From positions 1 to 60,575 of the forward strand of contig CALWDR010000136.1 of assembly GCA_944376745.1 (NCBI GenBank): a DNA stretch of 60,575 nucleotides. The letters run 5' to 3'. The notes beneath the pieces are model-generated. The model was not told the origin of the DNA. It made no database searches and saw only the letters and a list, made by a program, of their open reading frames with translations. The position numbers and the translations under genes were made by a program. The stretch is from an uncultured Lachnospiraceae bacterium (GTDB lineage: Bacteria > Bacillota > Clostridia > Lachnospirales > Lachnospiraceae). Of the stretch, positions 17,215 to 25,821 are shown piece by piece. Each line of letters begins with the position of its first letter. The first letter of the stretch is position 1.

Positions 17215-18551
17215 CTTATCTGATAGACAGTGAAAATGTCAACGACGCCTGGGTAAAGCTTTTGCCCAGGCTGGAACGGAAAGACAGGATTATTATTTTT
17301 TACACGGAAAACAGTCCCCATTTTACGGTGGACAGCGCCCGGATCATCACCGATTACAAGGATCGGGACATTTCCTGGAAAAAGTGCTTTGCGGGGAGAA
17401 ATGCCCTGGATTTCCAGCTTGTGTCCCATATGGGCTATCTGATCAGCAGATATCCCCGGGATACCTACGCCATCATGTCCAATGATACCGGCTTTGACGC
17501 GGCGGTAAAATACTGGACCCAGGAGGGCATCGCCGTCAGCCGGATAAGGGGCAACGGCAAGGCCGTCACCGGAAGCATGGCGGAGGCCGTGAAGGAGCGG
17601 CAGCATCTGGGAAATCCCCAGAACGGAGAGGAGACCGGCAGGGCGGCAGACCGGGGACGCCAGGCTTCCCTGCGGGCAGCGGAACACAGGACCTCGGAGC
17701 AAAAGCCGGCCCGGGATGGATGGCTTTCCAGATGGTTTTCCGCCAAAACGGAGCCGGAGGGCGAGATCACAGGCGAGACGGTGGAGGAAGCTCTGGCAAG
17801 CGAGGCCAGCCGAAAGCGGAGCAGGAATCGGAGAAGGCCGCGCCAAAACGGCAGAAGAAGCGGGACGGCAGAGCAGGAGCTTTATGGGACCAGGAGCCGG
17901 AAAGAAGGTACGGCAGAGCAGGAGTTCTCCGGGGCCGGGACAGACCAGGCGTTGAGCCGGGATGGCAGCCTGGCCGGGGACAGGCCGCAGAGGCCAGAAG
18001 AAGATCCCCAGTCTGGCAGTCAGGAGAACTCTCAGGGTGAGCGCAGCCAGGAGAACTCTCAGGGGGAGCACAGCCAGGAGAACTCTCAGGGGGAGCGCAG
18101 CCAGGAGAATTTTCAGAGTGAGCGCAGCCAGGAGAATTTTCGGGGAGAGCGCAGCGGGGAGATCCCGGTGGCCGCTGTCATCGGCCTGTGCCGTTCCATT
18201 CCCATCCGCAAGCAGGAGCGGATACACGAGGCTCTGGTGGCGCTTCTGGGCGGCGACAACGGCAGAGAGGTATACCATTTTCTCAAGGAGAACGGGGAAT
18301 TTCACGAAAAGCTGGGGACTATCTATCTGGCGGACAAGAACGCCCGCATAGACAACTACCTGAAAATCGTATTTGATTATAATCATATCAAGCTGGAGCA
18401 GTCGGAGGACATCATACGGCTGCTTGGCAAATACCAGTCCCGGGATCTGAACGGATTTTACAAGGCCATGACAGGGTGCTTTGGAAAAAGCAGAGGCTCC
18501 CAATACTACAGTATCTTAAAGCCCCACATCCGGGTGATAAAGAAGCTGTAA
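17202..18551 (+). CDS. NYN/LabA-like (PIN-fold) domain protein with a central SQENSQGER repeat and an unknown C-terminal domain
   Basis: The N-terminus YLIDSENV..AGRNALDFQLVSHMGYL..YAIMSNDTGFDAAVKYWTQEGIAV fits the NYN/LabA pattern (D-x-E-N, N-A-x-D, S-x-D-x-x-F). The gene overlaps the upstream gene by 13 nt. Confidence 0.7.
   Translation: MQRMTYLIDSENVNDAWVKLLPRLERKDRIIIFYTENSPHFTVDSARIITDYKDRDISWKKCFAGRNALDFQLVSHMGYLISRYPRDTYAIMSNDTGFDAAVKYWTQEGIAVSRIRGNGKAVTGSMAEAVKERQHLGNPQNGEETGRAADRGRQASLRAAEHRTSEQKPARDGWLSRWFSAKTEPEGEITGETVEEALASEASRKRSRNRRRPRQNGRRSGTAEQELYGTRSRKEGTAEQEFSGAGTDQALSRDGSLAGDRPQRPEEDPQSGSQENSQGERSQENSQGEHSQENSQGERSQENFQSERSQENFRGERSGEIPVAAVIGLCRSIPIRKQERIHEALVALLGGDNGREVYHFLKENGEFHEKLGTIYLADKNARIDNYLKIVFDYNHIKLEQSEDIIRLLGKYQSRDLNGFYKAMTGCFGKSRGSQYYSILKPHIRVIKKL
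18018..18161 (+). repeat. In-frame 27-bp tandem repeat, about 5.3 copies (SQENSQGER units)
   Basis: Units start at 18018, 18045, 18072, 18099 and 18126, with the partial sixth unit at 18153. The consensus unit is AGCCAGGAGAACTCTCAGGGGGAGCGC. Confidence 0.9.
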
Positions 18552-18612
18552 AGGGCGAAAGCCACAGACTACGGTAGGAGCGGCCCCAGCGGCAATTAAA
18601 ATCTGGAATATT

Positions 18613-18672
18613 GAACCCGCGCAGGGGGAAAACCGGCTGTTGTCACAGCAGTTTCCTCCGGCGCGGGTTTCG
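18613..18672 (+). terminator. Extended hairpin terminator between convergent genes
   Basis: GAACCCGCGC...GCGCGGGTT outer stem with inner GGAAA/TTTCC and GCTG/CAGC pairs, followed by TTTCGCTTT. Confidence 0.55.
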
Positions 18673-18780
18673 CTTTGGCCGTCCCTGGGAAGTAATGACA
18701 ATGGGAGCTTCCGCTTCGGCTGTTCGGTGATGGCTTTGGCCGTCCCTAGGAAGTAATGACAATGGGAGCTTCCGCCTCGG
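18672..18780. repeat. Tandem duplication (61-bp period, 48-bp conserved core, 2 copies) spanning the stop codon of the SecB-like gene
   Basis: Cores at 18672-18719 and 18733-18780 differ at 2 of 48 positions. In the downstream copy the stop TAG is TGG. Confidence 0.85.
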
Positions 18781-19162
18781 GCGTCTCCCGGTAGTCCAGC
18801 TGCGGATTGGGCAGCCGCAGGTTCAGGCCCATGGCGGCGGAAACGCTGCGGATCTTTTCATTGACTGCCATCATCAGGATGGGCAGGTACTGGGTCTTCA
18901 GCACGTCGTCCAGATTGTCCACGAAGGTGCTGGCCACAGCCAGGGTCATGGTCTCCACCTCGAAGGACAGATTCTTCTCCTCGTCGCCGGCGGTGATCTT
19001 CACAAGGGCCATGGCCGTGGTGGGAGCGGCGGGATTGGTCTTCACGCTGACCTGGGATTTCACGGTCATTTTCAAGGGCTGTCCGGCCTTCTGGCGGAAG
19101 GTGTTATTGTAAGAGATCGACTTGATCTCCGGTGGGTTTAAGGTGATTTTTGCTGTTTTCAT
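18746..19162 (-). CDS. SecB-like chaperone family protein
   Basis: By eye it is colinear with E. coli SecB: IKSISYNN vs TKDISFEAPN, a beta-strand-like middle, and YLPILMMAVNEKIRSVSAAMGLNLRLPNP vs [32 protein letters not shown]. GGAGG RBS is present. Confidence 0.55.
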   Translation of the reverse strand: MKTAKITLNPPEIKSISYNNTFRQKAGQPLKMTVKSQVSVKTNPAAPTTAMALVKITAGDEEKNLSFEVETMTLAVASTFVDNLDDVLKTQYLPILMMAVNEKIRSVSAAMGLNLRLPNPQLDYRETPEAEAPIVITS

Positions 19163-19386
19163 GTAGAGCCTCCTTCTATGGTATGTACACAGCCGACGAA
19201 AGAGTCGGACTTATGCGCATTCTCTGCCGGTACCGGTGTAACGCCATTCGTTTGAAAATGGCTGTTTCCGTACACTAGTAATATCTTGTTCCTTAATAGA
19301 GTACCACATCAGCGGCGGTCTGTCCAGAAAAATTCTCGTGATTTCCATTCCACGAAAATAATTTATCGTAAATCAATAAAAAACTA

Positions 19387-19415
19387 TTGCAAAACGAAAA
19401 TTCCTGTAGTAAAAT
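19387..19415 (+). promoter_or_regulatory. Sigma-70-type promoter candidate
   Basis: TTGCAA (19387-19392), 17-nt spacer, TAAAAT (19410-19415). Confidence 0.5.
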
Positions 19416-19432
19416 ACAAAAAGAGATTCGGG

Positions 19433-19515
19433 CGGACGCAAAGCCGGAGAACCGCATTGCCATCCAGTATCTGCCGCCGGAGGACCAGAGACGGCTGCGA
19501 GAGCTGTCGAAGTAA
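19433..19515 (+). pseudogene. Orphan 3-prime fragment paralogous to the end of the 20295-21449 gene
   Basis: 19443-19504 matches 21371-21432 at 55 of 62 nt. It reads KPENRIAIQYLPPEDQRRLRELSK-stop versus RPENRIAIQYLPPEDQKRLREQAGGL-stop. Most differences are synonymous. No start codon or upstream coding sequence is present. Confidence 0.8.
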
Positions 19516-19572
19516 GGAAATGAGGAGAGCCGTATCTCCTATGTAAAATAAAATAGGATGGAGGTTTTTTGT

Positions 19573-20058
19573 ATGAATCAAAAAAGAATCGCGCATTTGT
19601 TGCATCTGTTCTCCGCGGCGGTGGCGGTGGTGGGAGCTTTGTTCTTCTTCTGGTATCTGCCCCATGTGATCGGGAACTGGATAGAAACCGTGGCCACAGG
19701 CGCTCCCGGCTGGCTGTACTGGGCGCTGGCGGGGCGGGCGTGGGCCGTGGCGGCGCTTAGCTACCTGGCGCTGGGAAAATTTTGGTCTATCTGCACCCGG
19801 ATCGGGGCGGACAACAGCTTCTGCCGGGAAAACGCCAGGGCCATGGGACACATTTCCATCCTGGCTTTTCTGGCGGCGGGGATGATCGCTGCCGTAGACA
19901 TCTGGCTTTATTTTGCGGGGCTTTTGGGGAAAATACAGGCCGTGGGACATTTTTTCCTTGCCTTTGCGGCCTGCGGGCTGGGGGTTGTGGCTCTGGCCCT
20001 TGCCCGGCTGATACAGAACGCGGCTCTGTTGAAGGAAGAAAATGACCTGACCATCTAG
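19573..20058 (+). CDS. DUF2975 domain membrane protein
   Basis: Four TM segments and the conserved pairing with a following small XRE HTH gene. GGATGGAGG RBS precedes the ATG at 19573. Confidence 0.7.
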   Translation: MNQKRIAHLLHLFSAAVAVVGALFFFWYLPHVIGNWIETVATGAPGWLYWALAGRAWAVAALSYLALGKFWSICTRIGADNSFCRENARAMGHISILAFLAAGMIAAVDIWLYFAGLLGKIQAVGHFFLAFAACGLGVVALALARLIQNAALLKEENDLTI

Positions 20059-20068
20059 GAGGAAGCAT

Positions 20069-20290
20069 ATGATCATTGTAAATATCGACGTCATGCTGGC
20101 CAGGCGGAAGATGAGCGTCACCGAGCTGTCCCAGCGGGTGGGGATCACCCTGGCCAATATCTCCATTTTAAAAAACGGCAAGGCCAAAGCCATCAAGATC
20201 GAAACCTTAAATAAGATCTGCCAGGCCCTGGAGTGCCAGCCGGGGGACATTCTGGAGTGGCGGAGGGATGCGGAAACGGAGGTGAAGTGA
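20069..20290 (+). CDS. XRE/Cro-type helix-turn-helix transcriptional regulator (YozG-like)
   Basis: IDVMLARRKMSVTELSQRVGITLANISILKNGKAKAIKIETLNKICQALECQPGDIL. Confidence 0.85.
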   Translation: MIIVNIDVMLARRKMSVTELSQRVGITLANISILKNGKAKAIKIETLNKICQALECQPGDILEWRRDAETEVK

Positions 20291-20294
20291 GACG

Positions 20295-21449
20295 ATGGAT
20301 GCGGAGAAGATGGCGGAACAATTATTCTGGCTGTTTGTGTTGTTCTGCCTTTTTGGAGTGCCGCTGCTGCTGACGGGCTTTCAGATTTACTGTCTCTTCA
20401 CCAGGAGAAATACGCCGCGGTTTCGGAAATGGCGCGGTATCCTGGAGCTTTTTACCATCTTTCTGGGGACCTTTTACAGTTTGGGCTACGGGGCCCTGAG
20501 TGGCATCTCTTTTCAGTCGGACTGGACAAAGCAGCTGTACAACCAGCAGCGGCATACACCGGTAGCCACCTGGACCTGGCCTACCATTCTGGCTTTCGCT
20601 GCCGTGGGGGTGCTCGGCTATCTGATCCTGCGGCTGGTTCCATTAAAGCGCATGCCTCCGCTGGTGGTGGTCGCCGGGATTTCCTGCTCCTATGCGGGAG
20701 TGATCGTGAGCGTGCTCTGGTGTATCCAGATCTGGCGCGATGGCACCCGGCTGCTGGCATTATTTCCTGTGAACTGTATTCTGCTTGTGATGATCCAAGT
20801 GAGAAATCTGATCCGTCAGTGGGGGGAGCTTGCGCCCCAGGAGGAAAAAAACTTCCGTAACCCCTTTTTAAAGCGTGTGAATGATTTTTTCGGAGACGCG
20901 GAAACCTGGCCGGCGGCGGCGCTGGTGCTGTTCATACCCCTTCTCGGAATCCTGCTGGCCGTACTGGCGCTCTTTGGACAGAGCCCTGACGCGGTGATAC
21001 AGGCATTTACCCAGACCAGCGACTGGAATCTGTCCCGGCAGGTCGCGCCTCAGAATCTCTATCGCGACGAGCATTATCTCTGCACGGTGGCGGCAGGGGG
21101 CCACCGGAAGGTGGTGAAACCCATAAGGATGGGGCAGCGGCACGGCCATCCGGTCATTGTCAACCGGCAGCTCTGCGTGGCCAACGCCTTCGAGCAGATC
21201 CTGGAGGAACGGATGCCCAGGACCCACAGGGCCCTGCGGCATTTCTACGATATGTATGGATTTCCGGTGGCCAGGCGGATCCGCTCGCCCTATGGGGCGG
21301 ACCTGGTCTATGTGCTGATGAAGCCCTTAGAGTGGCTGTTTTTGCTGGCCCTTTATTTTACGGATGTCAGGCCGGAGAACCGCATCGCCATCCAGTACCT
21401 GCCGCCGGAGGATCAGAAGCGCCTGCGGGAGCAGGCAGGAGGACTGTGA
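20295..21449 (+). CDS. Multi-pass membrane protein with a conserved soluble C-terminal domain (possibly DUF6688-like)
   Basis: Hydrophobic N-terminal two thirds, then YLCTVAAGGHRKVVKPIRMGQRHGHPVIVNRQLCVANAFEQILEE. The family assignment is tentative. Confidence 0.55.
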   Translation: MDAEKMAEQLFWLFVLFCLFGVPLLLTGFQIYCLFTRRNTPRFRKWRGILELFTIFLGTFYSLGYGALSGISFQSDWTKQLYNQQRHTPVATWTWPTILAFAAVGVLGYLILRLVPLKRMPPLVVVAGISCSYAGVIVSVLWCIQIWRDGTRLLALFPVNCILLVMIQVRNLIRQWGELAPQEEKNFRNPFLKRVNDFFGDAETWPAAALVLFIPLLGILLAVLALFGQSPDAVIQAFTQTSDWNLSRQVAPQNLYRDEHYLCTVAAGGHRKVVKPIRMGQRHGHPVIVNRQLCVANAFEQILEERMPRTHRALRHFYDMYGFPVARRIRSPYGADLVYVLMKPLEWLFLLALYFTDVRPENRIAIQYLPPEDQKRLREQAGGL

Positions 21450-21517
21450 AGAGAAAGCACTCTTCGGGTATCCCTGTATGTCCAAAAACTGGACAGGAAT
21501 ATGAAAGGAGACAACAG

Positions 21518-22030
21518 ATGAGAAAAAAGATAGGTGCAGTATTGGCATTGCTGCTTTTGGCGGCGGCTCTGGGCGGCTGTCAGAGGCAGAGAGCGGCGGC
21601 CAAGGAGATTTCCGATGCCCTGGGCGTGGATGTGAGCGATGGGGAGCAGCTGGCCTATACGGATTCCCACGGGGGATTCCACGGGGACGGCCTGACCTTC
21701 GCCGCACTGAAATTTCCCGACGCCGCCCTGGTGGATAAGATCAAAGGAAAAGAAGGCTGGAAGGCCCTGCCCTTAAGTAAGAATCTCACGGCGGCGGTGT
21801 ATGGGATTTCCGATGAGACCAGCAGTACCGGCCCTTATCTGACGGATGAGGATGGGGAGCCGGTGCTGCCGGAAATTGAAAACGGCTATTACTATTTCCA
21901 GGACCGTCATGCAAAGAGCGCGGATGCTTATGACGATACGGAACTGCTGGACCGCGCCTCCTTGAATTTTACGATCGCGCTGTATGATGTTGACACGGAC
22001 ACATTGTATTATGTAAAATATGATACATGA
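21518..22030 (+). CDS. Lipoprotein, unknown function
   Basis: Signal peptide with lipobox MRKKIGAVLALLLLAAALGGC and an AAAGGAG RBS. The ORF-track start at 21332 is rejected. Confidence 0.7.
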   Translation: MRKKIGAVLALLLLAAALGGCQRQRAAAKEISDALGVDVSDGEQLAYTDSHGGFHGDGLTFAALKFPDAALVDKIKGKEGWKALPLSKNLTAAVYGISDETSSTGPYLTDEDGEPVLPEIENGYYYFQDRHAKSADAYDDTELLDRASLNFTIALYDVDTDTLYYVKYDT

Positions 22031-22122
22031 TCAGTCATGCCAACAGGGGCGGCAGTAATGCATAAGCCGGAGGGCCGCCCGGGGAGAGGCGGCAGGAAAA
22101 TGTTAAGAAACTGTCAAAAAAT

Positions 22123-22155
22123 CGGCGCCGGACTGTTCCGGCGTCGTTTTCTGTT
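22123..22155 (+). terminator. Rho-independent terminator
   Basis: GGCGCCGGA-ctgt-TCCGGCGTC followed by GTTTTCTGTT. Confidence 0.65.
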
Positions 22156-22203
22156 ATAAAATGGTAGTAGAGTACAAAATTACAAGGGAAAGGAGCTGAA
22201 GGC

Positions 22204-23727
22204 TTGCGATTTCACGAATTGCTGAAAGAAAAGATCTATGAGTCCGTTTCGTCCGTTCTTCCCATCACGGCCATCGTACTCCTGTTGAGCATTACCATTG
22301 CGCCGCTGTCCCTGGGGGTGCTGGCCCTGTTTCTGTTCGGGGCGCTGCTGCTGGTGGTGGGCATGGGCTTTTTTACCCTGGGAGCGGAGATGTCCATGAT
22401 CCCCATGGGGGACGGCATGGGCGCCCAGATGAGTAAAACCAAGAAGATCGTCATCGCCCTGCTTGCCTGTTTTGTGCTGGGGGTGCTGATCACCATGGCG
22501 GAGCCTGACCTGCAGGTGCTGGCCCGGCAGGTCCCGGCCATCCCGGATCTGACGCTGATCGTCACGGTGGCGGTGGGCGTGGGGATTTTCCTGGCGGCGG
22601 CACAGCTGCGCATGCTGTTGAAGATCCCGTTGTCCTATGCGCTGATATTTTTCTATGGCCTCATCTTTCTTCTGATGTTTTTTACCCCGGATACGTTCAT
22701 TCCGGTATCCTTTGATTCGGGCGGCGTGACCACTGGGCCTATCACCGTGCCCTTCATCATGGCGCTGGGCATCGGTATGGCCTCCGTGCGAAGCGACAAG
22801 AACTCCGGAAGCGACAGCTTCGGCCTGGTGGCCATGTGCAGTATCGGCCCTATCCTGTCGGTGCTGCTGCTGGGGGTCTTTTATCAGCCAAAGGAGGCGG
22901 TGTACACACCGGTGGAATTGTCAGATTACCGGACCACCCAGGATGCGGCCCTGGAATTTGCCCACGAGCTGCCGGCCTATTTTAAGGAAGTGGCCGCTGC
23001 ATTGGTGCCCATTGCCTGCCTGTTTTTTGTCTTCCAGCTGGTCACCCGCAGATTTCACCGCCACCAGATCGGCAGGATCCTGGCGGGACTTGCGTATACT
23101 TACCTGGGACTGGTGCTGTTTCTGACCGGGGTCAATGTGGGCTTTATGCCGGCGGGACAGTATATCGGGGCTTCCCTGGCCTCCGGCAGCCATAGCTGGC
23201 TTCTGATCCCCATCGGGATCGTCATCGGCTATTTTATCGTTCGGGCGGAGCCGGCGGTGCAGGTGCTCACCGGCCAGGTGGAGGAGGTCTCCAACGGCTC
23301 CATTTCCCGGAAATCCATCCAGCACAGCCTGTCCATCGGCGTGGCCGTCTCCGTGGGCATCGCTATGCTTCGGATCCTCACGGGGATTTCCATTCTCTGG
23401 TTCCTGATCCCGGGATATCTGATCTCCCTGGCCCTGACCTTTTTCGTGCCCCAGATTTATACGGGCATCGCCTTCGACTCCGGGGGCGTGGCCAGCGGGC
23501 CCATGACGGCCACCTTCCTGCTGCCCCTGGCCATGGGGGCCTGTGAGGCCCTGGGCGGGAATATCCTGACGGACGCCTTCGGCATTGTGGCCATGGTGGC
23601 CATGACGCCCCTTTTGACCATACAGGTGCTGGGGTTGGTGGGAAAGCTGCGCCGGAGGGCGGAAAAGAGGCGTCTGCAGATACCGCTTACGGATCTGGTG
23701 GATGGTATTTTGTACTTTGATGAGTAG
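22204..23727 (+). CDS. DUF1538 domain membrane protein
   Basis: Duplicated polytopic architecture with repeated FDSGGVTTGP / FDSGGVASGP motifs. TTG start 8 nt after AAGGAG. It is followed by a P-II-like gene, as is usual for this family. Confidence 0.75.
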   Translation: MRFHELLKEKIYESVSSVLPITAIVLLLSITIAPLSLGVLALFLFGALLLVVGMGFFTLGAEMSMIPMGDGMGAQMSKTKKIVIALLACFVLGVLITMAEPDLQVLARQVPAIPDLTLIVTVAVGVGIFLAAAQLRMLLKIPLSYALIFFYGLIFLLMFFTPDTFIPVSFDSGGVTTGPITVPFIMALGIGMASVRSDKNSGSDSFGLVAMCSIGPILSVLLLGVFYQPKEAVYTPVELSDYRTTQDAALEFAHELPAYFKEVAAALVPIACLFFVFQLVTRRFHRHQIGRILAGLAYTYLGLVLFLTGVNVGFMPAGQYIGASLASGSHSWLLIPIGIVIGYFIVRAEPAVQVLTGQVEEVSNGSISRKSIQHSLSIGVAVSVGIAMLRILTGISILWFLIPGYLISLALTFFVPQIYTGIAFDSGGVASGPMTATFLLPLAMGACEALGGNILTDAFGIVAMVAMTPLLTIQVLGLVGKLRRRAEKRRLQIPLTDLVDGILYFDE

Positions 23728-23738
23728 GAGGAATTTGG

Positions 23739-24422
23739 ATGGCGGCAAAAAAAGGTGTGAAGCTTTTTATTTCCATTGTGGAGCGGGGGCAGGGAAAAGC
23801 CCTGACCCGGTTCTTTGAAGCCCAGGGGCTGACCTGTCATTTCCAGACGGTGGGCCATGGGACGGCCTCCTCGGACCTGCTGGACCTTCTGGGCATCGGA
23901 AGCCCGGAGCGGGACATCCTGATCAGCCTGGGAGAGCAGGGAAAGGTGCAAAAAATGATGGGCCTGCTGGAGGAAGAGGAGGAGCCGGAGGTCCGGGCCA
24001 AGGGCATTTTATTTTCCATGCCCCTGACGGCCTTAAATATGTTGGCCGCGGCAGTGCTGATGCGGGATACGCAGCGGCAGGACGGAGAGGAGGACGCGTA
24101 TATGCAAAATAACCGTGGGGAGGAGCACAGCCTGATTCTGATCGTGGTGAACCAGGGCCATACGGACGAGGTGATGAACACTGCCCGGACGGCGGGGGCC
24201 AGGGGAGGGACTATTATCCGTTCCCGCTGGGCCGGCTCCGAGGAGTCGGAGACCTTTTACGGGATCACCCTGCAGGCGGAGAAGGAGATCATCGCCATTG
24301 TGGCCGGAGCGGAGCGGCGGAAGCTGATCATGGAGACCGTCAACAAGCGCCACGGCATGAACACCCCGGCGGGAGCCATGATCTGCTCCGTGGGGATCGA
24401 CGAGATGCAGCGGCTGGGGTAA
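23739..24422 (+). CDS. Tandem P-II (GlnB)-like domain protein
   Basis: Two GlnB-like halves (KLFISIVERGQGKALTRFF.. and SLILIVVNQGHTDEVMNTARTAGARGGTI..). Confidence 0.65.
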   Translation: MAAKKGVKLFISIVERGQGKALTRFFEAQGLTCHFQTVGHGTASSDLLDLLGIGSPERDILISLGEQGKVQKMMGLLEEEEEPEVRAKGILFSMPLTALNMLAAAVLMRDTQRQDGEEDAYMQNNRGEEHSLILIVVNQGHTDEVMNTARTAGARGGTIIRSRWAGSEESETFYGITLQAEKEIIAIVAGAERRKLIMETVNKRHGMNTPAGAMICSVGIDEMQRLG

Positions 24423-24434
24423 GGAGGCTTCTGT

Positions 24435-25613
24435 TTGCAAATGAAACATGTGTTGAATGCCGCTGAAATGAAACAGCAAAATGAAAAAAAGGTCCTGGAT
24501 CAGATCCGCATACGGCCCATCCCCAGGATCGAGATCGCCAGAAATATCGGACTTACCAGGGCGGCGGTGAGCGTGCTGGCGAACCAGCTGATCGACCAGG
24601 GAATCCTGATGGAGGGACAGGCGGTTTCGGGGAAGAAGGGCAGACATTCCGTGGAGCTTATGCTCAATCCCGATACGTATTTTATGGTGGGCGTGGATCT
24701 GGCGAGGGACGACTGCACCCTGGGGATCGTTGATTTTGCGGGGAGGATCAGAGAAATCCGAAAACTGCGCTTTGACGGGAGCAAGAAGGATGCCGGGGAG
24801 GCCCTGGAAAAGCTTTCCGGGTGCCTTGCCGCTCTTTTGGAGGCGCATACCTGTCCGGGGCGGCTTCTGGGCATCGGGATCACCGCTCCCGGGCCTCTGG
24901 ACGTCCGGCAGGGGGTGATCTTAAATCCCCCTAATTTCCCCCTCTGGCATCACTGCGCCATCGCGGATGCTTTCGCCCGGCGGTTTTCCTGTTTTACAGT
25001 CCTTGAAAATAATGCCAAGGCGCTGGCCCTGGCGGAGAAATATTACGGCATCGGGGCCCGGTTTTCCGATTATATCAGTCTGGTGGTGGACACCGGGATC
25101 GGCGGGGGGATCATGCTGGAAGGGAGACTTTACGAGGGAGCCCATGGCTTCGGCAGCGATTTTGGCCATATCTCCCTTGACATGAACGGAAAGCGCTGCA
25201 GCTGCGGGAATCGGGGCTGCGCGGAGCTCTATGGGGCCATGCCCAATATCCTGGCCCAGGCCAGGAAACTGGACGCGGGCCTGAACAGCTGGCGGCAGGT
25301 GGTGGACGGCGCAGAGGCGGGGCAGGAGAACGCTTTGAAGATCCTGGAGCTGGAGGCCGGGTACCTGGGCGCGTTAATCACGAACATCGCCAATATCTTC
25401 GACATCGGAACCGTCATCCTGGCGGGGGATATCGCCTATCACGGGGAGCTTATCACCCGGCGGATCGAAGAAATCGTCAACGGGCAGTTCATCGGGCGCC
25501 AGGTGTCGAGGGTGTCCGTCTATCCCTCCAAAATGCCGGAGCATGCCAATGTCCTGGCCTGTGCCAACCTGGTGATGGAGGCCTTTTCCCGTAAGCAGAT
25601 TTCGCTGGAGTAA
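24435..25613 (+). CDS. ROK family transcriptional regulator
   Basis: N-terminal wHTH (QNEKKVLDQIRIRPIPRIEIARNIGLTRAAVSVLANQL) plus a ROK sugar-kinase fold with the Zn motif HISLDMNGKRCSCGNRGCAELY. Confidence 0.85.
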   Translation: MQMKHVLNAAEMKQQNEKKVLDQIRIRPIPRIEIARNIGLTRAAVSVLANQLIDQGILMEGQAVSGKKGRHSVELMLNPDTYFMVGVDLARDDCTLGIVDFAGRIREIRKLRFDGSKKDAGEALEKLSGCLAALLEAHTCPGRLLGIGITAPGPLDVRQGVILNPPNFPLWHHCAIADAFARRFSCFTVLENNAKALALAEKYYGIGARFSDYISLVVDTGIGGGIMLEGRLYEGAHGFGSDFGHISLDMNGKRCSCGNRGCAELYGAMPNILAQARKLDAGLNSWRQVVDGAEAGQENALKILELEAGYLGALITNIANIFDIGTVILAGDIAYHGELITRRIEEIVNGQFIGRQVSRVSVYPSKMPEHANVLACANLVMEAFSRKQISLE

Positions 25614-25722
25614 GGCGAGGCAGACGCCTGCCCTATGAAAGGAAACGATCGCCTGTCATATAAATGATGTTATTGGGTTCAAAAGGTATTTTGCCCCCAT
25701 GAGAAACGCTATGGAAATAATT

Positions 25723-25761
25723 AGGCTTTTATTTGTCAAATCATTTGACAAATAAAAGCCT
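25723..25761. promoter_or_regulatory. Perfect 39-bp palindrome (operator candidate)
   Basis: AGGCTTTTATTTGTCAAAT-C-ATTTGACAAATAAAAGCCT has 19-bp perfect arms. The right arm contains the -35 hexamer of the downstream promoter. Confidence 0.7.
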
Positions 25762-25773
25762 TTGTGCTATTCT
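25745..25773 (+). promoter_or_regulatory. Sigma-70-type promoter of the glycyl-radical-enzyme operon
   Basis: TTGACA (25745-25750), 17-nt spacer, TATTCT (25768-25773), about 48 nt before the GTG start. Confidence 0.55.
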
Positions 25774-25821
25774 GGTGCCATAGAAGGAAGAAACGGTTGA
25801 AGGAAAGAAGGAGCGGCAGAG

